Below are positions 47,467 to 57,432 of a DNA stretch of 64,000 nucleotides, one piece after another. A program made the position numbers and the translations under genes. A model generated the notes under the pieces. The model saw nothing but the letters and a program-made list of their open reading frames with translations. It was not told where the DNA came from and did not search any database. Source of the stretch: Candidatus Woesearchaeota archaeon (lineage in GTDB: Archaea; Nanobdellota; Nanobdellia; SCGC-AAA011-G17; GW2011-AR18); the NCBI GenBank assembly GCA_018302105.1, contig JAGWAD010000023.1, forward strand, positions 10,405 through 74,404, in the 5' to 3' direction. The stretch's first letter is position 1. Each line of letters begins with the position of its first letter.

Positions 47467-48443
47467 AACAATTCAAATAATATAAAAGTATAAACAATTT
47501 GCTTTTCAGTATACTTTCCTTTAATTGTTAATAAATGGGGCAATGAATAAATTTTGTCATGATAACTTTTTATTTTACCATTTACATTATACCCATAGCT
47601 TTTAGCCTGGAACTTACTTCTGGCTTTTAAAATAAATTCTATAAAGAATGGAATTGAAGCAATTATAGCCGCTCTTTCAATATTTCCTAAAATTGCAATT
47701 ACAGCAATAACACCACCTAAAAAATATGTTAAACTGTCTCCTGCTAAAATCTTTGCAGGAAATTTATTATAAAAGTAAAAAGCAATTAATGCTCCAAGTG
47801 TAACTAATGCAATTAATGCAGCAATATACCTATCATTTACATATGCATAAAGACCAAGCATACCAACATAAACAATACCCATTCCAGCTTCTAATCCATT
47901 AAATCCAGCCAACATATTTACCATATTAGAAGCTCCAATAACACCTATAGGAATTAAAATCAAAGGATAAATTATTCCAATATCAATAGTTCCTAAAAGA
48001 GGCAATGCTATTTCAGTAGTTCCTGCATTTATTGCCATTAAAGGTATTGCAGCTGTTAATGTTAAAATAGGCTTCTGCCACTGCCTTAAACCAGCAGAGC
48101 TTTCTTTATTTTTATCAATTACTAAATCATCCAAAAATCCAATTAATGTAATTATAAGTAAAGATATCATTGCTGCAAATATTAGCATCAGATTTCTTTC
48201 ATTAATAACTAAACCAATGTTATTTGTAGAAAAAAATGTCCTGTAAAAAATAAAAACTAACAAGCCCGCCATAACACCAAACAATACAGCTAATCCTCCT
48301 GATATTGGCACAAAAGGCTTATTCTCTTTATTTTGGTCTTTAACATTAAGCCCTATTCTACGCAAATATCTTATAAGCCATGGAGTTACAAATAAAGTAG
48401 CTAAAAAGCTTATTATTCCATAAATAAATACTAGATAATTCAT
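47439..48443 (-). CDS. Polyprenyl-phosphate sugar-1-phosphate transferase (MraY/WecA/Alg7 superfamily; AglH-like initiating enzyme)
   Basis: About 10 TM helices, FLDDLVID (DDxxD) and NMVNMLAGFNGLEAG blocks. 334 aa. Confidence 0.7.
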   Translation of the reverse strand: MNYLVFIYGIISFLATLFVTPWLIRYLRRIGLNVKDQNKENKPFVPISGGLAVLFGVMAGLLVFIFYRTFFSTNNIGLVINERNLMLIFAAMISLLIITLIGFLDDLVIDKNKESSAGLRQWQKPILTLTAAIPLMAINAGTTEIALPLLGTIDIGIIYPLILIPIGVIGASNMVNMLAGFNGLEAGMGIVYVGMLGLYAYVNDRYIAALIALVTLGALIAFYFYNKFPAKILAGDSLTYFLGGVIAVIAILGNIERAAIIASIPFFIEFILKARSKFQAKSYGYNVNGKIKSYHDKIYSLPHLLTIKGKYTEKQIVYTFILFELFCSSLIWLI

Positions 48444-48482
48444 AAAAATTTAACTATATGTAGAATTAAAAAGGTTTCGCAA

Positions 48483-50012
48483 TCAAAATTCATAAATTTC
48501 TACGCCTTTAATGATAGTTTTATTTGGATAATTATTAAAAAACAACTCATCTTCTCTTGATAATTCAGGTTTGTGCATTGAAGTCCTGTCTAAAATTAAA
48601 TAACCTGATAATCCATCTAATTCTTCTGTTGAATTAATATAATTATAATTTAATTTTGTTATTTCTCTGTCAGCCAGATATTTAAAACTTTTAAACTCTT
48701 TATAAACAATAATATTGGTAGTATTTTCCCCAGAACTCTGTTTAATATAATTAAGAATCTCTATTTTATGTTTATAAGGGATACTAAACTCTCCCATTTG
48801 TGTAGACCCATTTTGGTTTACATAATTAAACAATAAAAATATATTGATTACCTGAAAAATAATAATCACAATAATTGCATAATTAATAACCTTCCTAAAT
48901 TTAGAATATCTAATAATTAAAAAATCAAGAAATAATGCAATCATTATAAATTGCAATGGATAAATTAAGAAAAAATAATGCGGGCTTACATCCTTTAATC
49001 TTAAAAAGTACAAAAGTGGAAATAAAGATAAAAATATTAATAATATCCAGATATTTAGATTATTTTTCAAATCAAATTTTGAATTTTTTAATTTTATAAT
49101 CAAATAAAATAAAGATAAAAATATTAATATAACTAAAACTATTGTTAAAGAAAAAAATAAATATTTAATAATTGGATTTAAAAATATATTACTTGAACCA
49201 TAAACATAACTTCCCAGATAATTTGTTGCAAGCATTATTGGTATTCCAAAAGATTCTGTAAATCCAGTAAATAATCCAGAATATGCTCTGGATGAAACAC
49301 CATAGAGTATAGGCGCCAATAAAGAAATATTATTCTTTAAATTAAAGTAAATATATGGTAAAAACGGAATTAAAAATGTTAATATTGAATAAATTGTTGT
49401 TTTTATATTTATTTTTCTTCTGAAAACAAGGATTAATAAAATAGCAATTGGTATAAAGAATAAAGCAGTTAAATGAAAATTAAGCATGATCCCTAAAATT
49501 AAAGATGCTAAAATTAAACAATAATTTTTCTTTTTGATAATAAAACCAAATAAAAAATAAAAAAATAAAACTGAAAATACAGGCAGGTAATTTGGATTCC
49601 AGTGAAAATGAGAAATATAAACACTCCAGGGGTTTACTGCATATAGAAAAGAAGCAATTACTCCAATTCTTTTATTAAAATAATCTTTGCAGAATTTATA
49701 AGTTATCAAAACTGCAATTGAATTTAAAATTGCTACAAAAACAGCTGGAGCTATTGGACTTTTAAACAAATAGATTAAAATTGCTAAAATATAATACATA
49801 ATTGGTCCAAAACTTTGTTGGTGTATTGCTTGGTTTATGCCAGAAACACCAGTATATTTAATCTGACCATCAATTATATTTTCAGCTATTTCGAAATCCC
49901 TGAACATATCTCCTTCTAAAATTGTAAAGTCAATCCAGAAAAGTCTCAATGAAAAAGTTACTATAACCAACAAAATCAAAAAAATTGTAATTTTTTTCAT
50001 ACAATAAAACAT
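48483..50012 (-). CDS. Polytopic membrane protein, putative GT-C-fold glycosyltransferase
   Basis: 509 aa, polytopic, acidic EGD motif after TM1, C-terminal soluble domain. Confidence 0.45.
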   Translation of the reverse strand: MFYCMKKITIFLILLVIVTFSLRLFWIDFTILEGDMFRDFEIAENIIDGQIKYTGVSGINQAIHQQSFGPIMYYILAILIYLFKSPIAPAVFVAILNSIAVLITYKFCKDYFNKRIGVIASFLYAVNPWSVYISHFHWNPNYLPVFSVLFFYFLFGFIIKKKNYCLILASLILGIMLNFHLTALFFIPIAILLILVFRRKINIKTTIYSILTFLIPFLPYIYFNLKNNISLLAPILYGVSSRAYSGLFTGFTESFGIPIMLATNYLGSYVYGSSNIFLNPIIKYLFFSLTIVLVILIFLSLFYLIIKLKNSKFDLKNNLNIWILLIFLSLFPLLYFLRLKDVSPHYFFLIYPLQFIMIALFLDFLIIRYSKFRKVINYAIIVIIIFQVINIFLLFNYVNQNGSTQMGEFSIPYKHKIEILNYIKQSSGENTTNIIVYKEFKSFKYLADREITKLNYNYINSTEELDGLSGYLILDRTSMHKPELSREDELFFNNYPNKTIIKGVEIYEF

Positions 50013-50050
50013 ACCAATATGTTTTTAAATTTTCTTAAAAGAGGCTAGTT

Positions 50051-52051
50051 GTGAGAAAATATATAATAATCGGATTAATGAGTATAATAATTATATTATT
50101 TGGAATCCTGTTATTTAGAAATATATTTAATCCTGGACTTTTGACAGAAGCAGATAATCCGGTGCATTTAGTAGAAGCAGAATACATGAAATCTACGCTC
50201 ATTCCAGAGTATAATTGGATAAATGGTTGGTATCCTAATGTTTTCATGGGAATTCCGATTCAGCTCTATTCCCATCAATTAGGAATATGGCTTGTTGTCT
50301 TGCTTAGTTATACAGGTCTGTCTATGGTTGCAAGTTACAAAATAATAATTCTATTATCATTCATACTGCCTGCATTATTACTATTTTATTTACTAAAGAA
50401 GAAATTTGGTTTGATTGCTGCATTTATTCCGGCATTTTTCTTTCTATTTCAAAGAGAATACAATCATTTATTATTAGCTGGAATGTGGAATAGTGGAATA
50501 GGTTTAATATTTTTATTACTGGAATTATATTATTTAGATAAATATAAAGATCCAAGCCCAAAAGCAATTGCAGTAATATCATTGCTTCAGTCATTGGCAA
50601 TATTATCTCATTTATTTATTGGTCTTTCAGGTTTCATATTAATTTTGGCAGCAACTTTACTAAATATATTTAAAAATAAAAAAAGTTTATTATGGTTATT
50701 ATGTATACCATTGTCATTATTAACAATAACATTCTACATAATTCCTTTTATAGAAACAAAAAGTTGGATAAATGAATCATTTGGTTGGGGTTTAGGAAAT
50801 ACATTCATAGAAATGATGTACAAATTAATTGGTATATTCCTTTCTCTAAAACAAAATACATTTTTCTTAAATTCATTATTTGATTCAGATTTTGGATTAG
50901 CCTTAATAGAATTTTTTAAAGGAATATTAATAAATTTACCAACAATAATTATAGATGTTCTTGGAATATTAGGCATTTATTATTATATTAAATTAAGAAA
51001 TCATGAAAAATTTAAGAATTTTTTAGATATTGTATTATTATTTTTAGTATTCATGCTTATAATAGGAAGTGGATTTTGGTTTTTATTTGCAATAGGAAAT
51101 AAAATTCCATTTTTAAAAGGAATAGTTTCTTATAAATTTGTATATTATGCAAGAATATCATTATACATATTTGCAGCATTCTATTTATCAATAATAATTA
51201 AAAAAGTAATAAAAAAAGATTTAATAAGAAATTTAATAAAATATTTGTTGATATTAAGTTTTTTATTGATGGTAATATTTAACAATTTATATTTGCCTGG
51301 AAAAGAAGTGCCACAAACATTCCCACAAGCAGAAATACATGATGAAACAATAGAATTATGGTCTTGGTTAAAAGAAAACTTAAATGAAACAGATAGTATA
51401 ATTGATCCTGTAACATTTAATGGCCAAATATCCTCACAAAGCACAATTTTGGCATTGACTCCTTTGTACACAAATTCAAGCATATTAAGCACATGGGTTT
51501 CCAGTTATTATCCTATAGAGAAATATTTAAGTTCAGACAATCTAAGAGTATTTAGCATTCCAAGAAACAATATAACTTCTCTAGAAATAAAAGAAAAAAT
51601 GCTGCATTTTAATTCTAAATATTTATTGACAATAGAACCTGAAATGAAAAACTTATTAAATAAAGATCCTGATTTTAGATTAGAAAAAGAATTCAAAACA
51701 TACTCAGTATATTCTATCAGGAATTTTAAAAATTCATTTGTTGAAGGTGATAATATTGATTTTAACATAATAAAAAAAAGTGAACAGGAATTAAAAATTT
51801 CTATAATTAATAAAAATAAAAACGAAGTTAAGCTAATAATAAAAATTGCATATCACCCCTATTGGAATGGATTTATAGAAAATAAAAAAATTAAATTAGA
51901 AAAAAGCAATACAGAATTAATACAATTGAATGTACCTGAAGGAAATAATATTATAACATTAGAATATGATTCAAAAAACAAAGTAGGAATTATTATAAGC
52001 ATATTTTTCTTGATAACTTTATTATTTCTGATAATCAGAAATTTTGAATAG
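50051..52051 (+). CDS. Polytopic membrane protein, putative GT-C-fold glycosyltransferase
   Basis: 666 aa, N-terminal polytopic region (acidic TEAD after TM1), large C-terminal soluble domain, terminal TM. Confidence 0.45.
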   Translation: MRKYIIIGLMSIIIILFGILLFRNIFNPGLLTEADNPVHLVEAEYMKSTLIPEYNWINGWYPNVFMGIPIQLYSHQLGIWLVVLLSYTGLSMVASYKIIILLSFILPALLLFYLLKKKFGLIAAFIPAFFFLFQREYNHLLLAGMWNSGIGLIFLLLELYYLDKYKDPSPKAIAVISLLQSLAILSHLFIGLSGFILILAATLLNIFKNKKSLLWLLCIPLSLLTITFYIIPFIETKSWINESFGWGLGNTFIEMMYKLIGIFLSLKQNTFFLNSLFDSDFGLALIEFFKGILINLPTIIIDVLGILGIYYYIKLRNHEKFKNFLDIVLLFLVFMLIIGSGFWFLFAIGNKIPFLKGIVSYKFVYYARISLYIFAAFYLSIIIKKVIKKDLIRNLIKYLLILSFLLMVIFNNLYLPGKEVPQTFPQAEIHDETIELWSWLKENLNETDSIIDPVTFNGQISSQSTILALTPLYTNSSILSTWVSSYYPIEKYLSSDNLRVFSIPRNNITSLEIKEKMLHFNSKYLLTIEPEMKNLLNKDPDFRLEKEFKTYSVYSIRNFKNSFVEGDNIDFNIIKKSEQELKISIINKNKNEVKLIIKIAYHPYWNGFIENKKIKLEKSNTELIQLNVPEGNNIITLEYDSKNKVGIIISIFFLITLLFLIIRNFE

Positions 52052-52086
52052 AAAAGTTTATATAAACATCAGTTAGTGACCGATTA

Positions 52087-52950
52087 ATGAAGCAAAATTG
52101 TGATGTATGCAAATCAAAAAATCAAAAAGTTGATTTCAGTTTAAAAGATTATAATGTAATTAAGTGTGAAAATTGTGGTTTAAGATATATAGACCAGGAT
52201 TCTTTAAAATTAAAACCAGAGCAATTATACAGCCAGGATTATTTTACAAAACAGCATATCCAGTTCTTTTCAGATTATAATGATATAATGTCAAATAAGA
52301 TGACTAAAAAACTTCAGAATTTTAGAAAAAGATTAATAAGATTAAAAGAATTGGGAGCAAAGGGAAGATTGCTTGATGTTGGTTGTGGACAAGGCACATT
52401 TTTATATTTAGCAAAAAAAGAAAATTTTAAGCCATTTGGATGCGACATATCAGAATATTCAAAAACATTTGTAGAAGAAAAATTTAACATTCCTGTATAT
52501 AATATGGAATTGTATAGATTACCAAAAAATAAAAAATTTGATGTTGTCACAATGCTTGATTTCTTTGAGCACACTACAGACCCAAATGCAGTATTGGATG
52601 CAGCTAAAAACCTCTTAAATAAAAATGGTTTATTACTAATACAAACACCAAATGGCAAAAGTTTATTACATAATCTTGCAAATTTAATTTATAAATTAAG
52701 TTTTGGTTTAATTAAAAATCCAACAAAAGAAGTTTTCCATATGTACCACAATTATCACTTTACTAAAAGAAATATGGAACAATTATTAAAAGAGAGAAGT
52801 TTCGAAATCCTGGACTATAAACAGGATAGTTTACCAATTCACACAGTAGAAGGAAATTTTGTTAAAAAGGGACTACTCGCTTTATTATATTTCATTTCAG
52901 CACTTATAAATAAGCAGATAGATATGGTATTTATAGCAAAAAAAATCTAA
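52087..52950 (+). CDS. Class I SAM-dependent methyltransferase with N-terminal Zn-ribbon
   Basis: CDVCKS...CENCG zinc ribbon, motif I LLDVGCGQGTFLYL, 287 aa. Confidence 0.7.
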   Translation: MKQNCDVCKSKNQKVDFSLKDYNVIKCENCGLRYIDQDSLKLKPEQLYSQDYFTKQHIQFFSDYNDIMSNKMTKKLQNFRKRLIRLKELGAKGRLLDVGCGQGTFLYLAKKENFKPFGCDISEYSKTFVEEKFNIPVYNMELYRLPKNKKFDVVTMLDFFEHTTDPNAVLDAAKNLLNKNGLLLIQTPNGKSLLHNLANLIYKLSFGLIKNPTKEVFHMYHNYHFTKRNMEQLLKERSFEILDYKQDSLPIHTVEGNFVKKGLLALLYFISALINKQIDMVFIAKKI

Positions 52951-53690
52951 TTTTTAGGTTTAAAGGTAATTCTTTCAAAAAATAGCCTTAATAATTCACT
53001 GCCCATGTTTTTTATATCTTTAATTAAATGAACCTTGCTTTCCCTCCCATAAATATTTACAACTTTGGCAGGCAGTTCCTGAACTTTATAGCCAAGCCAT
53101 TGTGCTTTTACTATGACTTCAGTATCCCATGACCATTTCTTTGCTTTAATATAAGGAATTATTTTGATTATTGATTCTTTTTTAAAGGCCTTGAAACCGC
53201 ATTGGTAATCCCTTATTGTGCTTCCTAACAAAATTCTTGTCAGCATAGAGTAAGCCTTGCTAAAAAGCCTTCTTAATTTAGGATATTCAACAACAGAATT
53301 TTTCATATGTTTAGAGCCAACTGCAATATCAACATTATTTTTCTCTATTGCATTCACTAGTTTAGGAAATAATTCTAAGTCTATTGCCAAATCTGCATCA
53401 ATATATACAACTATTTTGCCATTAGAGTTATTTATTGCATTATTTAGAGCTTCACCCCTTCCCATATTAACATGGTTATTCACTAATCTTAATTGTTTAT
53501 AATTCTTAATTTTTGAATTTACAACCTTTGCAGTATTATCTTTAGAGCCATCATTTGCAATAATTATTTCAAAAGACCTGTTTATATTTTTAAAAAACTT
53601 AAATACTTCATCTATAGTATTTGCAATTATCTTTTCCTCATTGTATGCAGGTATAATAATTGAATAATCAACCATTTTAGACATTATCAT
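52947..53690 (-). CDS. Family 2 glycosyltransferase, Dpm1-like
   Basis: YSIIIPAYNEEKIIANTIDEV, IIANDGSKDNT, IDADLAIDL. Confidence 0.75.
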   Translation of the reverse strand: MIMSKMVDYSIIIPAYNEEKIIANTIDEVFKFFKNINRSFEIIIANDGSKDNTAKVVNSKIKNYKQLRLVNNHVNMGRGEALNNAINNSNGKIVVYIDADLAIDLELFPKLVNAIEKNNVDIAVGSKHMKNSVVEYPKLRRLFSKAYSMLTRILLGSTIRDYQCGFKAFKKESIIKIIPYIKAKKWSWDTEVIVKAQWLGYKVQELPAKVVNIYGRESKVHLIKDIKNMGSELLRLFFERITFKPKN

Positions 53691-53737
53691 GTTATAAATA
53701 ATTATATTATAAAAGTTTCGTATTAAATATTTAGTAA

Positions 53738-54433
53738 TTATTTCTCGCCCATTGCAATTAAATCAAGCCCAACAGGAATAACCATTTTATTTTCAAAAAT
53801 AATAAACCATTTATCAAGTAAAAAATTTAAAATTTTATTATCCAAACTATTCGTTTCAACAGGAATCTTTCCTATAATTTTCGTAATAAATAATATTGGA
53901 ATTCCTAAAATATCCCAATATTTCAAAAATTTAACATTAAAACCAACTTTTTCCATTTTGTTCTGCAGTTCACTTTTCTTGTATCTTCTGTAATGTCCTA
54001 CAGATTTATCAAAATTAGAATATAAAAAAGGATAAGCAGAAGTCAAAAGTATTATCCTGCCTTTTGGATTAAGTAATTTATAAATATCTTTTAATAACTT
54101 AGCATCATCTTCAATATGTTCTATAAAGCCGCTTATTATAATATTATCATATTTATTTTTAATTTTTTTAGAAGGAAAATATCTATTCAAGAATTTTATA
54201 TTTACTTTTTCTTTTTGAGCCTTGGCTTTAGCAATCTTATAATATTTTTCTGAAGCATCTATGTAAGTAACTTTCATTCCAAGCTTTGCAAGTTTTATAG
54301 AAAAAGAACCTGTTCCAGCTCCAATATCTAAAACAGTTCCAGGCTTTACTAATTTTATTAAAATTCTATCTTTATTTTTATGCCAAAAATCATTTTCCTG
54401 TAATTTCCACAAATAATCTTGATCATTTATCAT
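53738..54433 (-). CDS. Class I SAM-dependent methyltransferase
   Basis: VLDIGAGTGSFSIKLA motif I, 231 aa. Confidence 0.7.
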   Translation of the reverse strand: MINDQDYLWKLQENDFWHKNKDRILIKLVKPGTVLDIGAGTGSFSIKLAKLGMKVTYIDASEKYYKIAKAKAQKEKVNIKFLNRYFPSKKIKNKYDNIIISGFIEHIEDDAKLLKDIYKLLNPKGRIILLTSAYPFLYSNFDKSVGHYRRYKKSELQNKMEKVGFNVKFLKYWDILGIPILFITKIIGKIPVETNSLDNKILNFLLDKWFIIFENKMVIPVGLDLIAMGEK

Positions 54434-54552
54434 TAAACTTAAGAAATTTAGTCAAAGCTTTTAATTGTTTCTATACACTAAACCACATGAATTCTTAGGT
54501 TAAAAGTAGTTTACTGTCAGTCAACAACAAACATTTAAAAAATCTAATTATT

Positions 54553-55149
54553 TTATTTGTCAATATATTTAACTGCAACAATTATTCCAGATAATAAATT
54601 AGGCTTGCCAATAAAAACAACTTTAAATCCATTATTAAACAAAAGTCCTTTTATTCCATTTAAACTAAACAAATTAATCTTTACATTATGCATTAAATGA
54701 TAAATTTTGTAAAGCAATCCAAAAAGATTAAATCTTGGATAAAGAAGAATAAATTCCCCATTATCTTTTAAAACATTATTAAAAGAATTAATAGTTTTAT
54801 TAGGATCAATAACAAATTCCAAAGCACCAGCACATAAAACTTTATTAAATCTTTTTTTAAATGGTAAATTTTCTATATTCCCAACAACCCCATTAAATCC
54901 ATTTGAATTATATATTTTTATCATATTCTCAGATAAGTCTATCCCAAAAATTTTAGAATTAAAATAAGATATAATTTTAGAATAAAAACCACTTCCACAC
55001 CCAGCATCAAGTATGAAATCTTTTTTCTCAGGGTTTAATTTATTAATTATCATTTTCATTTCTCTTGAAACTAAATAACCTAAAACACCTTTAGACCTTT
55101 TTTTATCATAATTATAAGAAACCTGATTAAAATGTTTATCTGCAGCCAT
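54553..55149 (-). CDS. Class I SAM-dependent methyltransferase
   Basis: ILDAGCGSGFYSKII motif I, 198 aa. Confidence 0.7.
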   Translation of the reverse strand: MAADKHFNQVSYNYDKKRSKGVLGYLVSREMKMIINKLNPEKKDFILDAGCGSGFYSKIISYFNSKIFGIDLSENMIKIYNSNGFNGVVGNIENLPFKKRFNKVLCAGALEFVIDPNKTINSFNNVLKDNGEFILLYPRFNLFGLLYKIYHLMHNVKINLFSLNGIKGLLFNNGFKVVFIGKPNLLSGIIVAVKYIDK

Positions 55150-55942
55150 TTACATATTCACCCATAGTAATTGATTTAAAGTTATTTTCACACCAGCTAA
55201 GATATTTGTCAAATTTTTTAATCATTCTATTTCCAGAATTCCTAAGTATTACTTTTGAAATATTCCCTGCAAATGGTTTTTTATTTATATCAACAAAATC
55301 CCATGGATGAAAATAAAGGTTAACATAATCTTTGTCAATAAAAACTAATCTAGTGCATATTTTTGCATAATTCAATCCAAAATTTCTAAACCAAACCCAG
55401 GAAAATGGTGCTCTTATTATTGGCACAACAGAAACAGGTACTTCCCATATATTATCAAAAAATCTTTCTCTTTTTTTAAAAAAATTATTATACTTACCAG
55501 GGACATAAGTAGGATGCAAAGAACTATCATACTTTATCCCAATTTCCTTAAGTAATTTTAGATCTATGCCTTTCATTTGCGGAGACCTGAATCCTTTTAC
55601 TTTAATATTAAACATCTTTTCTAATTTATTTTTAGCCAATAGAAGTTCTTTTTTAACATCTTTTTTATCCATTTTTAATAATGAAGTATTATGATACAAA
55701 CCATGAAGTGCAATTTCATGCCCTGAATTTAATAATTCTTTCAATTTAGATTTTGATTTTTCAGCAAATTCAAGTGTTGTGAAAAATGTTACTTTTATAT
55801 CAGGATATTTAGATAGAATTTTAATTAAATTATTAAATCCTTCTATAGAAATATTAAATAATTCATCTTTTTTTATATCCATACCTACTTCTGCAGGTGT
55901 GACAAATTCTTCTAAATCTACAGTAAGCAAAATATTGCGCAT
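55136..55942 (-). CDS. Polysaccharide deacetylase family protein (CE4 / DUF3473-like)
   Basis: N-terminal LLTVDLEEF block and HEIALHGLYH resemble the VDVED-type polysaccharide-deacetylase subfamily. 268 aa. Confidence 0.55.
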   Translation of the reverse strand: MRNILLTVDLEEFVTPAEVGMDIKKDELFNISIEGFNNLIKILSKYPDIKVTFFTTLEFAEKSKSKLKELLNSGHEIALHGLYHNTSLLKMDKKDVKKELLLAKNKLEKMFNIKVKGFRSPQMKGIDLKLLKEIGIKYDSSLHPTYVPGKYNNFFKKRERFFDNIWEVPVSVVPIIRAPFSWVWFRNFGLNYAKICTRLVFIDKDYVNLYFHPWDFVDINKKPFAGNISKVILRNSGNRMIKKFDKYLSWCENNFKSITMGEYVNGCR

Positions 55943-55943
55943 T

Positions 55944-57431
55944 TTAGTTTATAGAATAAAGGCAAACATGCTCTTTTTTAACCTTTTCTCTAAGCCCACA
56001 ATCATTTAAAAACTTACATCCGGAATCTAAGCTTATAATTTCAGTTGTATTGTAAATAATTAATGTTTTAATCATAGTGCCGCAATCTCTTTTATTAAAA
56101 GATTCATCTGCAATATTAAGGTTTTCAAGATAATCCTTTTGTACAACTTCGGGATACCAACCAGAGGAAGTAGAGATGTTATATTTTGTAGGTGCATAAG
56201 AATAAATGCCTTTAGAATGGATTTTAGAACCAAAATCACCAAGCAGAACAAAAGAACCATTCACATTGCTGAGAGAAAATTCTATCTCTTTGTTTATATC
56301 ACTATTAGGCTCAACAAAGAAAGGTGTTCTAAATATATTAAAAGATATACTGATTATAATTAATATCAATAAAATATAAGGAACAAATCTTAAAAATTTA
56401 TACTTTAAAAAATTAATCTTAAAAAATAAGAAAATAATAAAGAATATGAAAAAAACTAAGTATGGGTCTGGAAAAATATTTCCAAATATAGGAATAAAAG
56501 GATGCAACCTCAGAAAGAATATTAAATTAAGCAACAATATTGGAAGATAAAAAAATAAATCCCATTTCTTATTATTGGATTGTTTGAAATAAATATAAAA
56601 AAGAATAAACAAAACTATAGGAATTATAGCTGCAAAAATACTTGTATAAAGATTTAATGTATCAAAACGCCACACCCAAATAGCCTGCTGAAATCCAAGT
56701 ATTCCACCTTCATTTATTCTAAGGACAAATGGAATCCACCAGAATGATGTAATTATTAAAGGTGTTACAGCAGATAACAAAACGTAGATTCTTTCCCTTC
56801 CTTTTTTAACTAAAAATATTGATAAAAATAAAATAGAAGCTATTGCACCTACACTTTGATAACTTAATAAAATAAATGCATAACTTGGAATTACTAAAGA
56901 ATATCTCCAGTCAATTTTTTTGTCTTTAAAATAAAAAATTAAAAAGAAAAATAAAAGAAAATTCATCCACGCAAATAATTCATGGACTCTTATAAGTTTA
57001 ATAAAATTCCCAATTGCTATTGCATTTCCAAAAAAGAATATAAAAAATACAGTTCTCTCAAATCTTGTTAAGCCAATTTTTCCATACAAAAAATATACTA
57101 TTAAAAATGAAATAATAAACATTAAAATCATACTAAGATAAGTTGCAACATTTACAATTTGGAATAAATTAAAAATAGGTAATGTGAATAAATACCATCC
57201 TGGTGGGCTATGTAAGAAATTAACAAATCCATTATACCAATAACTGCAAAAATTATGAAATCCACATGTTTTTAAAAAGAATAATTGAGCCATGTAAGAA
57301 CTACCATCATTATTATAATCAACTGGAAAATATTTAAGCATTTTTCCCTGATTAATTATTCTGTAAAAGAAATTTATGAATAATAAGATAACTGGTAAAT
57401 ACAGCCATTTGGTTGGAATTCGGTTACTCAT
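55944..57431 (-). CDS. Polytopic membrane protein adjacent to aglB (putative GT-C-like or OST accessory)
   Basis: 495 aa, about 11 TM helices plus a C-terminal soluble domain. Begins 2 nt after the aglB stop. Confidence 0.45.
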   Translation of the reverse strand: MSNRIPTKWLYLPVILLFINFFYRIINQGKMLKYFPVDYNNDGSSYMAQLFFLKTCGFHNFCSYWYNGFVNFLHSPPGWYLFTLPIFNLFQIVNVATYLSMILMFIISFLIVYFLYGKIGLTRFERTVFFIFFFGNAIAIGNFIKLIRVHELFAWMNFLLFFFLIFYFKDKKIDWRYSLVIPSYAFILLSYQSVGAIASILFLSIFLVKKGRERIYVLLSAVTPLIITSFWWIPFVLRINEGGILGFQQAIWVWRFDTLNLYTSIFAAIIPIVLFILFYIYFKQSNNKKWDLFFYLPILLLNLIFFLRLHPFIPIFGNIFPDPYLVFFIFFIIFLFFKINFLKYKFLRFVPYILLILIIISISFNIFRTPFFVEPNSDINKEIEFSLSNVNGSFVLLGDFGSKIHSKGIYSYAPTKYNISTSSGWYPEVVQKDYLENLNIADESFNKRDCGTMIKTLIIYNTTEIISLDSGCKFLNDCGLREKVKKEHVCLYSIN

Positions 57432-57432
57432 G

